This document shows, piece after piece, positions 19,510-29,599 of a stretch of 64,000 nt of DNA. The DNA comes from Leptolyngbyaceae cyanobacterium (GTDB lineage Bacteria > Cyanobacteriota > Cyanobacteriia > Phormidesmidales > Phormidesmidaceae). The stretch is taken from positions 320,001 through 384,000 of the forward strand of contig CBDHHL010000032.1 of assembly GCA_965263355.1 (NCBI GenBank), written 5' to 3'. The notes under the pieces are model-generated. The model saw only the letters and a program-made list of their open reading frames with translations. It had not been told where the DNA came from and ran no database searches. The translations under genes and the position numbers were made by a program. Position 1 is the stretch's first letter; each line of letters starts with the position of its first letter.

Positions 19510-20322
19510 TCAATCTTCTGCCTTGCGTATCTCACTGGGATTGATTCCAAATCGCTTCTTAAACGAATCTGAAAAATAAGAGGGTGTTTTAAATCCACAA
19601 TTAAATGCGATTTCTGAAATTGGCATATCTGTTGACTGCAAAAGGCTAAGACCATGCTCAAGTCTTGTATTCTGCAGTATTTTTGAAAAACCTTGCCCGG
19701 ATTTAGTTAACCAACGCCTCATGGTTGCCTCACTTATCGCAAAGTGATCAGCCACTTCATTGGACCGCCAGGGATAACTTAAATCTGTTTCGATCAGTCT
19801 TCTGACCTTGCTTAGTGGTTTCTCTTCTTCATAAGGTGAGAGATAAATGCCGTTATATTTTAACCAGATCAAAGGTTCTAACAGTCGATGCTGTCTTATA
19901 GGCTCTGGTATTTCTGTGTCGCTCAGTGTGGCCTGAATGGTGTTCAATATTTGGAAAGACTGGCCTATAAGGCCTTGTAAAATTTGGATGCCCGTTGATT
20001 CAGACTTTAATTTTTCGTTGGAGAACACCGTTTCTATCATATGACGTGGAAAGCAAACGCCAGTGGCCCGATAATCATCACCAAGCACGGGGCGATTTTC
20101 CATCGTTACCATAGACCCAGGAGGAAATATCATCACATCTTCGGCATGTCCAATTATTTCACCATTTATCGGACACAGTACCCTTTTGCTACCAACCTGA
20201 ATGAAGAACAAAAATGTGTGTTGAAAATAAAGATCAGTAAACGTAGCTGTCGTTGCCTGAGAGATTGATAGCACAGACACATCTGGGATGGCACCAGCTT
20301 GCGCCTCATCATCTTTTTTCAT
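19510..20322 (-). CDS. AraC-family transcriptional regulator (YbcM-like)
   Basis: C-terminal double HTH ISEIAFNCGFKTPSYFSDSFKKRFG; directly upstream of ybcL-like gene. Confidence 0.92.
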   Translation of the reverse strand: MKKDDEAQAGAIPDVSVLSISQATTATFTDLYFQHTFLFFIQVGSKRVLCPINGEIIGHAEDVMIFPPGSMVTMENRPVLGDDYRATGVCFPRHMIETVFSNEKLKSESTGIQILQGLIGQSFQILNTIQATLSDTEIPEPIRQHRLLEPLIWLKYNGIYLSPYEEEKPLSKVRRLIETDLSYPWRSNEVADHFAISEATMRRWLTKSGQGFSKILQNTRLEHGLSLLQSTDMPISEIAFNCGFKTPSYFSDSFKKRFGINPSEIRKAED

Positions 20323-20652
20323 TAGTTAATCTATATTTCATCCATCTACCTACAATGAAATAGCCAGCTAAAGAAAGTCAATATAATGACAAGCAGCTTT
20401 TGATCGACATCTGTGAAGGCGATACTACAGGGCATGGAATCTATATCGTAAAAGCGTTCAGATACGAGCATTGAATGAGCAGGTGTACCATTAATAGGGA
20501 TGTGTTTGTTGTATCTTTGCATGATTTCATCTAGATCCAGCTGGAGGTAGGCAGGGTTAGACTGGTCAAAATAATGGCTGAATTTGGACCGATAACCGCA
20601 AGTAAAGAAAAAGGATACTATAGTCAATTGGAAAAATTAGCAGATTAGCAAC

Positions 20653-21729
20653 ATGAGCGAGACAATTAAAGCGATCGATAATCTCCACATCACGGGCTAC
20701 GAGGAATTGCCGCCGCCGAATGAGCTGAAGCAGGAGTTTCGGCTGAAGGGGCGAGCACTTGATACGGTGTTGGAAGGTCACCGTGCGGTTAAAGCAATCC
20801 TCGATCGTCAGGAATCGCGGCTAATTGTGGTGGTCGGACCATGCTCAATCCATAATCCGAAAGAAGCTTTGGAGTACGCCCGACGTTTGAAACAACTTGC
20901 CGACGAGCTGGCAGAGGATCTGCTAATCCTGATGCGGGTTTATTTTGAGAAACCGCGGACATCTGTGGGTTGGGAAGGGCTGATTTACGATCCGTATTTG
21001 GATGGCAGCCATCGCATTGACCACGGCATTCGGATCGGTCGTAAGCTGATGCTGGATATTGCTGAAATCGGTTTGCCGATCGCGATCGAAGCGTTGGACT
21101 TGATATCGCCTCAGTATCTACAAGACCTGGTAAGTTGGACGGCAATCGGGGCACGGACTACGGAGTCACCAACACACCGTAAGCTTGCTAGTGGAATCTC
21201 TTCAGCAATTGGATTTAAAAATAATGTGGATGGGAAGCTGATGGTGGCGATCAATGCGATTCGTTCAGCATCTGCGAATCACAGTTTTATTAGTGTCACA
21301 GGCGAGGGCAAGGTGGCGGTCTTTCGGACCGAGGGAAATCCCCATTGCCATGTAATTCTTAGGGGTGGCAAGTCACCTAATTATGATGCCGAGAGTGTTG
21401 CTGCTTGTGAAGCTGCTCTAGCTAAAGCGGGGCATAAGCCAAACGTCATGATCGATTGCAGTCATGGCAATTCCCGTAAGGATTGGCGGAAACAGCTAGA
21501 TGTGTTGAAAGCAGTTTCCCATCAGCTCCAGAATGGGAGTCAATCGATTATTGGCGTTATGCTGGAAAGTAATTTGCAAGAGGGGAACCAACCGATTCCT
21601 GATGACCCTGAAGAAATTCGTCCTGGTGTTTCGATCACTGATGCCTGCGTAGGGTGGGAAATGACTGAAACCGCTTTACGTGAATTAGCGGCAACAGTTG
21701 GCTCTGCATTAAAATCTAGAGCGAGTTGA
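20653..21729 (+). CDS. 3-deoxy-7-phosphoheptulonate (DAHP) synthase, class I-alpha (AroF/G/H type)
   Basis: VVVGPCSIH, MRVYFEKPRT, AIGARTTES, GFKN, MIDCSHGNS, GVSITDACVGW. Confidence 0.95.
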   Translation: MSETIKAIDNLHITGYEELPPPNELKQEFRLKGRALDTVLEGHRAVKAILDRQESRLIVVVGPCSIHNPKEALEYARRLKQLADELAEDLLILMRVYFEKPRTSVGWEGLIYDPYLDGSHRIDHGIRIGRKLMLDIAEIGLPIAIEALDLISPQYLQDLVSWTAIGARTTESPTHRKLASGISSAIGFKNNVDGKLMVAINAIRSASANHSFISVTGEGKVAVFRTEGNPHCHVILRGGKSPNYDAESVAACEAALAKAGHKPNVMIDCSHGNSRKDWRKQLDVLKAVSHQLQNGSQSIIGVMLESNLQEGNQPIPDDPEEIRPGVSITDACVGWEMTETALRELAATVGSALKSRAS

Positions 21730-21777
21730 CATAACAGCTATGGTTTCTGGCGTTGCTAATTTGATTACAACGCTTTG

Positions 21778-21916
21778 GGGTACCAACTTAAAGCGGGAGG
21801 TTTTCCCAAGGATAGATGTCAGAAGTCAGGAGCCAGAAGCCATATCCCTTATCCATTCTGGCTCCTGACTTCTAGATTCCTAGTTAACCAGAATTTCCCG
21901 GCTTGAGTGGATACCC
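21778..21916. mobile_element. 139-bp MITE with 8-bp target-site duplication
   Basis: ACGCTTTG at 21770-21777 and 21917-21924; 21-bp imperfect TIRs (16/21); internal 18-bp perfect IR 21821-21838/21856-21873. Confidence 0.82.
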
Positions 21917-22513
21917 ACGCTTTGTAGCTTTTTCTAGCGCTTGGATATGGTGGGTTTGAGATAGCGATCGCACCATAAGCCAACTAACGTATGTTTGGTC
22001 GGGCTGGGCTAGACTTACTGGCCAAGTGACTTATTTTGACGAATGAATAACTGCTATAGCTTTCAATTCAGGCAAGAACAACGCGTCACCAAAAATGGAC
22101 AAGAGCCCATCAAGCCACTCGCATGGGCGGGTAGTGTCTAACTTGATAACCACTTTTGGCTCTCTAGCAGATATCCATCTTACCCAAAGATTTAGGCTGG
22201 CGACAGGTGTTTGGGAGTGCCTAGGATAAACGCTAAACGACCAACCACCTCAATTGCTGGCTAATTTGCCTGATTCCATAAAGAAGACGTTTTGCCTATA
22301 GGGTTTCTGATTTTTTTGAGTTAGGCACTCTTTTAGATAGGTATGCTGCTCATCAGATCTGCCATTCAACGACACCTGGCAAACCAACAATCTGACCCTG
22401 ATGAGGCTCCTAAAGAAGATGCTAAGAACAAAGTCCAGCATGGCCATCTGACCATGCTGGACCACTAATACCAAATCCAAATTCATTAAACCCGATTAAA
22501 AATGGACAATCCT

Positions 22514-22540
22514 GTAGGGGCACTCCCTTGTGGATGCCCT
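22514..22540 (+). repeat. GTAG-type REP-like palindrome
   Basis: GTAG-GGGCA...TGCCC short hairpin near 3' end of the M50 gene. Confidence 0.45.
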
Positions 22541-22579
22541 TCGATACCGGGTGCGATCAAGCAGGATTTCGTATAACTA

Positions 22580-23707
22580 TTATGCTGGCTGAGGCATCAA
22601 TTTTATTCGCAATAGGTTAGCGATTTCGGACTTCTCCAAGAGACCAACCAAAGCTCCATTTGCCTGAGTAACCGCTAAAGCTTGAGTTTTCTGATTCTCT
22701 AGTTGGCGCATAACATCTATCAATGGTTTATCAGCCTCAACCTCGATTTCCTGTGCAGTCGGTTTCAAAAAGTCCCGAATCTCACAAGTAGTCCAATCAA
22801 CCGACGGAATTGTTTTGAGTATATCTAAATCAATAGTCCCAGCCAGCTGACTGTCCGGATTTGTTACCAAAAATTGCCTCCATGGACTGATGCCATTTGA
22901 AACAATCGCCATATCTGCTAAATCACGAAGCGTATTATCTATGCTGATGATGGGACTATTTTTAAGAACTGCATCAGCCGCTGTAAGCCCTGATAATGCC
23001 TCTTGAACTGTTGCTGATTGTGCAGACTGACCAGCATTTTGCAATATGAACCAGCCGATAATCAATGTCCAGACACTGCCAACGTTAGAAATTCCCAGAA
23101 CAGACAGCACACCTAAAGCAATTGCTGACCAACCAATGATCTGTCCTGAACGACTGGCCCAGCGTATTCCACGGTAACGATTACCGGACAATTTCCAAAC
23201 AGCAGCCTTAAGCACATTACCACCATCCAGAGGCAGCCCTGGGATCATGTTGAAGGTGGCAAGAACCAGATTGATATAAGCGAGTAAGCTGGTAATTGCA
23301 GCGAGTGGTCCAACGATTAAACCACTACTAGCCAACAGTGTTAGCAGAAAAAATAAGGTCAGACTGACGAGAGGACCAGCGACGGCAATCCAAAATGCGC
23401 CAGCGGGTGTTTTAGCCTCATCGTTTAAGCTGGCTAATCCACCAAACAAGAAGAGTGTAATAGAATTGACACTAATGCCTTGTTGTTGAGCTGCAAAACT
23501 GTGACCTAGCTCATGTAGCAGGACAGAAACAAATAGAAGAATACCTGCTACTAATCCTAAAACTAAAGCACTTGCTCCCAACCAGGGAAACTGTGCAGCT
23601 AACCCACCCCCAAAGTTCAAGGTGGTAAGCGCTAGAACAAAAAACCAGGAAATATTGATAAAGAAGGGAATACCAAACAGATTCCCAACACGAAAACTAC
23701 CGTTCAT
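22580..23707 (-). CDS. site-2 protease (M50) with C-terminal CBS-like domains
   Basis: LLHELGHS (HExxH), FNMIPGLPLDGG (NxxPxxxxDG), several TM segments. Confidence 0.93.
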   Translation of the reverse strand: MNGSFRVGNLFGIPFFINISWFFVLALTTLNFGGGLAAQFPWLGASALVLGLVAGILLFVSVLLHELGHSFAAQQQGISVNSITLFLFGGLASLNDEAKTPAGAFWIAVAGPLVSLTLFFLLTLLASSGLIVGPLAAITSLLAYINLVLATFNMIPGLPLDGGNVLKAAVWKLSGNRYRGIRWASRSGQIIGWSAIALGVLSVLGISNVGSVWTLIIGWFILQNAGQSAQSATVQEALSGLTAADAVLKNSPIISIDNTLRDLADMAIVSNGISPWRQFLVTNPDSQLAGTIDLDILKTIPSVDWTTCEIRDFLKPTAQEIEVEADKPLIDVMRQLENQKTQALAVTQANGALVGLLEKSEIANLLRIKLMPQPA

Positions 23708-23800
23708 ATCGGTCTCCTTTCACAAACTTGGAGCTGGAGAAGCCAATCAATCTTCGGCACAATCTGAAAACTTTTTGAAGGCTATTCCCAGCTCACTACC

Positions 23801-23818
23801 AGCGTAACGAATTGTAAA
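23801..23818 (-). promoter_or_regulatory. HLR1-like (RpaB) direct repeat upstream of M50 protease
   Basis: TTTACAAT-TC-GTTACGCT on - strand. Confidence 0.45.
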
Positions 23819-24003
23819 AAGCTTCTCATTTTTTTTGGGTGGTAATTGCCGCCCGTCATTGAGTTCGGTTTAGACGGTTAGCCTAACTCTTATTTCCTGA
23901 GACTCCATTTTCGTGTAGTCACCTACGGAATAAATAGATTTAGGTACACAGCTTAGAACCATCTAAAGATGCAAAATACGTCGAAACATAACTTAACATT
24001 CCC

Positions 24004-24021
24004 TTTAGATTACGTTACATT
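24004..24021 (+). promoter_or_regulatory. HLR1-like (RpaB) direct repeat upstream of rhodanese
   Basis: TTTAGATT-AC-GTTACATT, with further half-sites upstream. Confidence 0.5.
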
Positions 24022-24065
24022 ATAGGCGTCGTTCTTATTAACAGCATCTTTAGCTGTTCAATGTT

Positions 24066-24440
24066 ATGCCCACCCCTTCTATCTTTTTTTCCGTTCCAGG
24101 ACCTCTCAAGGCTCAGTCCACTGTTTTTGAACTCAAAGACCGTCTTGATTGGGGCGAACCTGCTCTGACTATTATCGACGTTAGAAGCAGAGAGGCTTTC
24201 AATTCAAGTCGCATTACCGGAGCAGTTCTAATGTCCATGGACGAATTAGTAATAATCGCCTCTGCATCTCTTGAGTATGAGCGTGATATCTACGTTTACG
24301 GTAGCTCTAATGAGCAGGCTGCTGAAGCTGCCTCAAAACTCCGTAAAGTTGGTTTTCAAAATGTTTCTGAGCTTACCGGTGGCTTAGCAGCATGGAAAGC
24401 AGCTAACGGTGCAATCGAAGGTGCTTTGGCCGCTGCATAG
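24066..24440 (+). CDS. rhodanese-like domain protein
   Basis: LTIIDVR, RITGA, ELTGGLAAW; active-site Cys position reads YVYG. Confidence 0.88.
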   Translation: MPTPSIFFSVPGPLKAQSTVFELKDRLDWGEPALTIIDVRSREAFNSSRITGAVLMSMDELVIIASASLEYERDIYVYGSSNEQAAEAASKLRKVGFQNVSELTGGLAAWKAANGAIEGALAAA

Positions 24441-24734
24441 CACTTGAGTCTCTCAGCCCAGTTTTCTTAATCTTCTAGAAATCAAGCTTCTCACCATAGC
24501 CATGTGGTCTGGTGGGAGCTTATTTCTTTGTAAATGTAATTTACAAAGTAGGCTTGACGCCGCAATTCAATTGTTTCTAGTCAAAGTTATAGCAAACTGC
24601 TGAATGCCTATCTCCGTAGGAGAGTTTGCACCAACAGCAGTTTGCTTTGCACATAGCTATTGCTATTTATAGCTTTCAGCGATCATCAATGCTGTGAACT
24701 ATGTGCGCAAAGCTATATTTCATCAAATTATCCT

Positions 24735-25457
24735 ATGTTCTCTGACCTACCATTACACATATCCCGCAGTTTGTTGATAACAATGGGGACTCAAGTAAGT
24801 GTTCGTCACGCAGAAAGAATTCCGTCCAACGGGGCTATGCTAGTGATTAGTAACCATCGTAGTTTTCTCGATTTACCACTAGTGATAAACGCGTTAGGCC
24901 GCTCAGTTAGATTTGCTTGTCATCACTACATGAGCCAGGTCCCTGTCCTGAAGGAAATAGTCTCCACGTTAGGATGTGTTCCTCTGGATGCACCTGGACA
25001 GCGCCGACAGGTTTTCTTTGAACAAGCAATTGATTTACTACAAACCCATCAGCCTGTTGGTATTTTTCCAGAGGGCGCTCGTCCGATGGTCCAAGCGACT
25101 AATCCAAATGAACTGAGCCAATTTCATCGAGGATTTGCTCATTTAGCACTGCGGGTACCTGTCCAAAAGTTAGCTATTCTGCCAGTAGCTATTTCAGCAA
25201 TTGAAGAGACTATCACCCCAGTGGCACCACTTAAACTGTTTAGTCTGTTTGATCCGTCAGAACCACTTTTCGACCAGTCTGGTTGGCACCCGTCCGTTAA
25301 CTATCATCGTGTAAATCTCTCAATTGGCAGCCCCATTTGGGTTACAGACTCTCTTAGAGAACAGTATCAAGGCAAACAGGCAGGACGATTGGCTAAGGTT
25401 TTAACTCGAGCTTGCCATGGTGAGATCAAGAATCTTCTGCGTGAGGGTTTTGCCTAA
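24735..25457 (+). CDS. lysophospholipid acyltransferase (PlsC family)
   Basis: SNHRSFLD (HX4D), GIFPEG; ATG at 24735 preferred. Confidence 0.92.
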   Translation: MFSDLPLHISRSLLITMGTQVSVRHAERIPSNGAMLVISNHRSFLDLPLVINALGRSVRFACHHYMSQVPVLKEIVSTLGCVPLDAPGQRRQVFFEQAIDLLQTHQPVGIFPEGARPMVQATNPNELSQFHRGFAHLALRVPVQKLAILPVAISAIEETITPVAPLKLFSLFDPSEPLFDQSGWHPSVNYHRVNLSIGSPIWVTDSLREQYQGKQAGRLAKVLTRACHGEIKNLLREGFA

Positions 25458-25463
25458 CAAACT

Positions 25464-26177
25464 CTAGCTTTCTTGGCTCATACTGGCACAAAGTTCAAGA
25501 ATAGATTCTTTAGCTACGGCAGGTAATGTCTGCAGCAAAAAATGTGAGCCAACAATTTCACGAGTTGCCAGTAAGGGAAACGCACGTTTAATTTCTAACT
25601 GTTTTGAGGCTGGCACCAATTGATCATCTGATGCTTTTAGATAGCCAAGTGGTACCGGAGACTTTCTGATTCTCCATAGGTCATTAATACTACGAAGTAA
25701 GTTTAACCGATATGAGATAACGTCAGGCCTTACCAACTGTAGCGTTTCACGAAATGAATCTAGTATTGTTTCTGGACAGCTAAAGCCAAAACAGGCAACT
25801 CGTAAAGGAAACGACGGTATTGGAAAACGTAACAGTAACGGTAGTGGCATTTGCCCGACAAACTCAAGCAATAATGGTTGTGGACTTGTCAAAAAACTTG
25901 CACAAAAAATGATGCCACTGAGTTGTGGATACTCAATTAAGCGAGCAGCAATTGGACCAGCAAAGGATTCGGCAATAAGAATAAAGTGGGTAGACGTTGG
26001 CAGTTGACCTCGAACGATCTCAGTCAGCTGATCGTAGTCTAGTAGACGATCCCGAGGATAGTTGATTACTATGATGTGACTCCTGTCTAAAAACTGTTCA
26101 AGAAAATATGAAAAAAGGAGTCCAGTGCCATCTAATCCTGGAAGTAGCACTAATGTATGAGTTAATGAGCTTTCCAT
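25464..26177 (-). CDS. alpha/beta-fold hydrolase
   Basis: LLPGLDGTG, AESFAG nucleophile elbow, GSHFLL. Confidence 0.85.
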   Translation of the reverse strand: MESSLTHTLVLLPGLDGTGLLFSYFLEQFLDRSHIIVINYPRDRLLDYDQLTEIVRGQLPTSTHFILIAESFAGPIAARLIEYPQLSGIIFCASFLTSPQPLLLEFVGQMPLPLLLRFPIPSFPLRVACFGFSCPETILDSFRETLQLVRPDVISYRLNLLRSINDLWRIRKSPVPLGYLKASDDQLVPASKQLEIKRAFPLLATREIVGSHFLLQTLPAVAKESILELCASMSQES

Positions 26178-26581
26178 GCACCTCAGTCTTATTTGTCAGC
26201 AATATCACCGGTATCAATTCTAAACTCAATAAAGGTGACCTTAAACCCATGGCGTAGTAACACCGCTCCCCTAATATCAGCACTTTCGACAGTTAAGGCA
26301 TGAGTATTAGGGTTCTAAAAATTTCCGTTGCTACAGTCCAAGTCTCCTGCAATAGTGGAGCCTGATAATCAAACTTCACCATTTGCTGTAAACCCATGAC
26401 ACAGCGAAGACTTCCACCGATATTGACTCCTGATAATGAGAACTCTCCCAAAGTAGCATTCTCGCATGCGACATAACCTGTGACTACACGTAAAAGGGAA
26501 CAAACAGCCAAAATATGGACTAATTTTGGGTTTGTTAGCTAGTGCTTATAATCATTCGCCCTAGAATCATAGCCGCCAGTT

Positions 26582-27046
26582 ACTCCTGCCCACAATAAAC
26601 TAGCAAGTGCACTGAATGCACCACTTTGGTTTGGCTTGCGAGGTAAACCCTACAGTGTGTTTGTGACCGATCAGCGTTTATGGATTCCATCGGTAAATCT
26701 TTACACCTATCCTGATGTGATGGTGATTGCAGATCCAGTAGGCCTCAAACCAGGCCGAAAAGACACGGTTACCAATCCGCTCTTAATTGCTGAGATGCTA
26801 TCAGAATCTAAACAAACTTACGATCGCAGCGGCAAGTTTGAAGCCTATCGGACCCTCTCAACATTTCAGGAATATTTGCTGCTCGACCAATATCGTCCCT
26901 ATGTAGAAACCTTTGTGCGCCAGTCAGAGGGCAGCTGGACTTTTACAGTCTATAGCAACCTGGAGGCCATAATTTCGCTTTCTTCTCTAGATATGGACAT
27001 TGCATTGGCTGATATATACGAACAAATACAGTTTGCTAACGCCTAA
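26582..27046 (+). pseudogene. Uma2-family endonuclease, 5'-truncated
   Basis: TPAHNKLA..YTYPDVMV..PLLIAEMLS..KFEAYR..EYLLLDQ; homology runs upstream of the TTG with no start codon. Confidence 0.75.
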
Positions 27047-27235
27047 AGAAAACAGTATCCCTACGCAAGATACAAAACATCTCTTGCTGGTGTACTCTCC
27101 TGGGGATTCCCATTTAAACCGTTCCTCAATAAGCATTAATAACGAAAGGTCTCATAAACCTTATAAAAATCTTTCAAATCCTAGCGCCGACTGTCGCTCT
27201 CCATCTAATAGAAGTGGTCTATTTGTTTACAAACC

Positions 27236-29374
27236 ATGACCCAATCAACATCAGAGGCCTCAGCTTGGAGCTGTCATCAAATGGATGGCTATCGGATTCA
27301 TCAATCCGGTAAACACATCAATGGTACTTTCATGCGAGTGTATGTACCCGATGCAGCGATACAGTCCAATGGGCAGCGTCTTAAAGCAATTATGTATCTC
27401 CATGGGTTTGCCCTATGCATGCCCTCTTTTTATGAAAAACATCTGGAAACGTTAGCCAAGGAACAGGGATATGTGGTCTTTTTCCCTGATTTCCAACGTA
27501 GCCTTTATCCCAATACTCAACCGGAAGAGTCAGACCCAGAACAACCCGAGATCAACAATTTCCAAACTTGGCTTTCTGTGGCTACCCAGAAACCTGGTGA
27601 GGGCAGAAGCTTTCTAGGCGCTGATGATATCCATCCCATTTTTGCTGATATTTCTGAATCGGATGGCGCAGAATTAGGAGGTGGCCTGTCTGAATCAAAA
27701 TGGGTGGCCCGACGCGTTGCCTGGTCATTAGTCCTGATTATTGGTGCTTTGAATATTCTTGGTTGGGTGTTTAAGGAGTATGCCAAGAATTTAATCACGC
27801 TTATATCCACGGTCGGGTTGAGTTTATTTCACCGACCGACGGAATGGCTAGACGATGCGATTGATCTGACGGATAAAGCCTGGGCTGACTTGGGGAATGA
27901 ATTTTATCCCCACTGGGCGGAGGATGACGTGGATGCGTTTGCCTTTGGTCATTCTCTAGGGGGATTAATCGCCCTGAGTCTGCCGTCTGAATTTGAGAAA
28001 AGGCCCCCTGAAAAGCAACGGTTTGCGCCACAACAGATTGTCACGGCTGACCCGGCCCCAAGTACTGAAATGGGGATTCCGGGATTTGCGATCGCGCTCC
28101 TAAAGCTATTTAACGCCCCATTCACCGCTGAACCCATTGAGATTGAAAATACAGGTCCTAGCCTCACCAATCCCGTGGCTATCTTGCACGGTGGTTCTGA
28201 TGAAATCGTTAAGCCAGATGATTGGGTCAAACCCCCAGCCGGCAAACTAGACTCAAACTACGACTGCATTGCCAGTCCAGGCAAAGCCATTTACTTCTCC
28301 TATTCTAATCCTGACGCCAATCTCGTAGCCTTTCACAATCAGGCAGTAACCGACACCAGTTACTACGGCGATGGGTTATTCAAACATTTTGGTGGGGTCA
28401 AAAAGGGTCCCAATAACTACAACTTTCACTATGTTTGGCCCGGTGCAGATAAAATTTTCAAAGGTGATGCCACACCTCAAAACCTACGAGAACACCTGGA
28501 AACAAGCGATTTTCAGATAGGAACTGAACCCCCTTCCGAAGAAAAATCATTTTTTGCCCAATTTCAGCGCATTGCCATCTTTTTAGGAATTGCGTTTCTT
28601 GGGTTGGGGTATATCCTCAGTGTTCTGCCAGAAGTTGCACAACCGCTGGATGCTGAACGAACCTGCATTACAGGGGGTTGGAAGCTGGCGTTAATTCTCA
28701 CACACATTTTGACCTTTGTGCTGATTCCCCTGGCTATGCGGGTGTTCTACCAAGCATTAACCATTTTACAAGCACCAAAGAGTGCCATTTTCGCCTCCCA
28801 GCTGGGGTTATCCTTCATTATGGTATCCATTGCCTCAGAAATTGGTTGGCACGTCACCCAATGTTGGTACTACCAGAATGATTTTACGATGCTGAATTTC
28901 ATGTTTTATTTCTTCTTGATTTCAGCATTTGCCCTCTGGGCCGATGGTTTGGCAAGAGAAAACACCCAAATCACCAAGGTGCTTAACATTGTTTTCGCTG
29001 TAGGTTTGTTAATTGTGTCGATCCTTTATCCCCTAGGGAATATTGTCCAGAACAGTGCCTATAAAGTGCCAATATACATTGTTCTCACCGTGATTTTTGC
29101 AGTGTTGACCTATCGCGGCTATCACCTGCTAAATAAGGATTGGCGGATTATTTTCTTCCCAATCTTTTCCGTGGGGGTGAATTTATTCTTTGTGGCGTTA
29201 CTCGACAAATATGGCGGCAACCCTTATACCAATCCCCAGATTATGAACAATGCGCTTTTCCATATTCTGCACGATTTTGCCGGCACCCTCGCTGGCGTTG
29301 CCATCTTTACCTGGTTAGTTTATGAAAAGAGCCAGCAGGTGATCCAGGCCAGGCGTGAGCAGTTACCAGGATAA
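27236..29374 (+). CDS. alpha/beta hydrolase fused to a C-terminal polytopic membrane domain
   Basis: YLHGF, GHSLGG, ILHGGSD, AFHN; about eight hydrophobic segments in the C-terminal third. Confidence 0.8.
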   Translation: MTQSTSEASAWSCHQMDGYRIHQSGKHINGTFMRVYVPDAAIQSNGQRLKAIMYLHGFALCMPSFYEKHLETLAKEQGYVVFFPDFQRSLYPNTQPEESDPEQPEINNFQTWLSVATQKPGEGRSFLGADDIHPIFADISESDGAELGGGLSESKWVARRVAWSLVLIIGALNILGWVFKEYAKNLITLISTVGLSLFHRPTEWLDDAIDLTDKAWADLGNEFYPHWAEDDVDAFAFGHSLGGLIALSLPSEFEKRPPEKQRFAPQQIVTADPAPSTEMGIPGFAIALLKLFNAPFTAEPIEIENTGPSLTNPVAILHGGSDEIVKPDDWVKPPAGKLDSNYDCIASPGKAIYFSYSNPDANLVAFHNQAVTDTSYYGDGLFKHFGGVKKGPNNYNFHYVWPGADKIFKGDATPQNLREHLETSDFQIGTEPPSEEKSFFAQFQRIAIFLGIAFLGLGYILSVLPEVAQPLDAERTCITGGWKLALILTHILTFVLIPLAMRVFYQALTILQAPKSAIFASQLGLSFIMVSIASEIGWHVTQCWYYQNDFTMLNFMFYFFLISAFALWADGLARENTQITKVLNIVFAVGLLIVSILYPLGNIVQNSAYKVPIYIVLTVIFAVLTYRGYHLLNKDWRIIFFPIFSVGVNLFFVALLDKYGGNPYTNPQIMNNALFHILHDFAGTLAGVAIFTWLVYEKSQQVIQARREQLPG

Positions 29375-29409
29375 TCGTCTGAAGCCCTTTCTAGTGGAGA
29401 TATTTGAAT

Positions 29410-29458
29410 AACGGGTTGGGTTGATTCGGTGCGCTACTGCAATCCAACTCGTTTTTTC
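29410..29458 (+). terminator. rho-independent terminator
   Basis: AACGGGTTGGGTTG...CAATCCAACTCGTT followed by T-run. Confidence 0.65.
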
Positions 29459-29599
29459 ATCCTAAAAATGACATTCTTGTAGATGACCTGTAATACCAGG
29501 AAGTAGTTAACCTAATGCAAATTGTCAATCAACGTATGCTATGAAAGGCTTATGCCTGGTCAGTTTTGCTTGAGTAAGGGGAGAGAGGGCCAACATGGC

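Noticed and set aside
18629..21916. Composite transposon carrying ybcL-araC-DAHP synthase between two inverted MITEs
   Set aside because: The right element has its own 8-bp TSD and the outer flanks (AGCTAATG vs ACGCTTTG) differ, indicating independent insertions
20346..22486. Minus-strand ORFs 20346-20627, 20566-20781, 20789-21154, 22250-22486
   Set aside because: Antisense shadows or unrecognisable fragments
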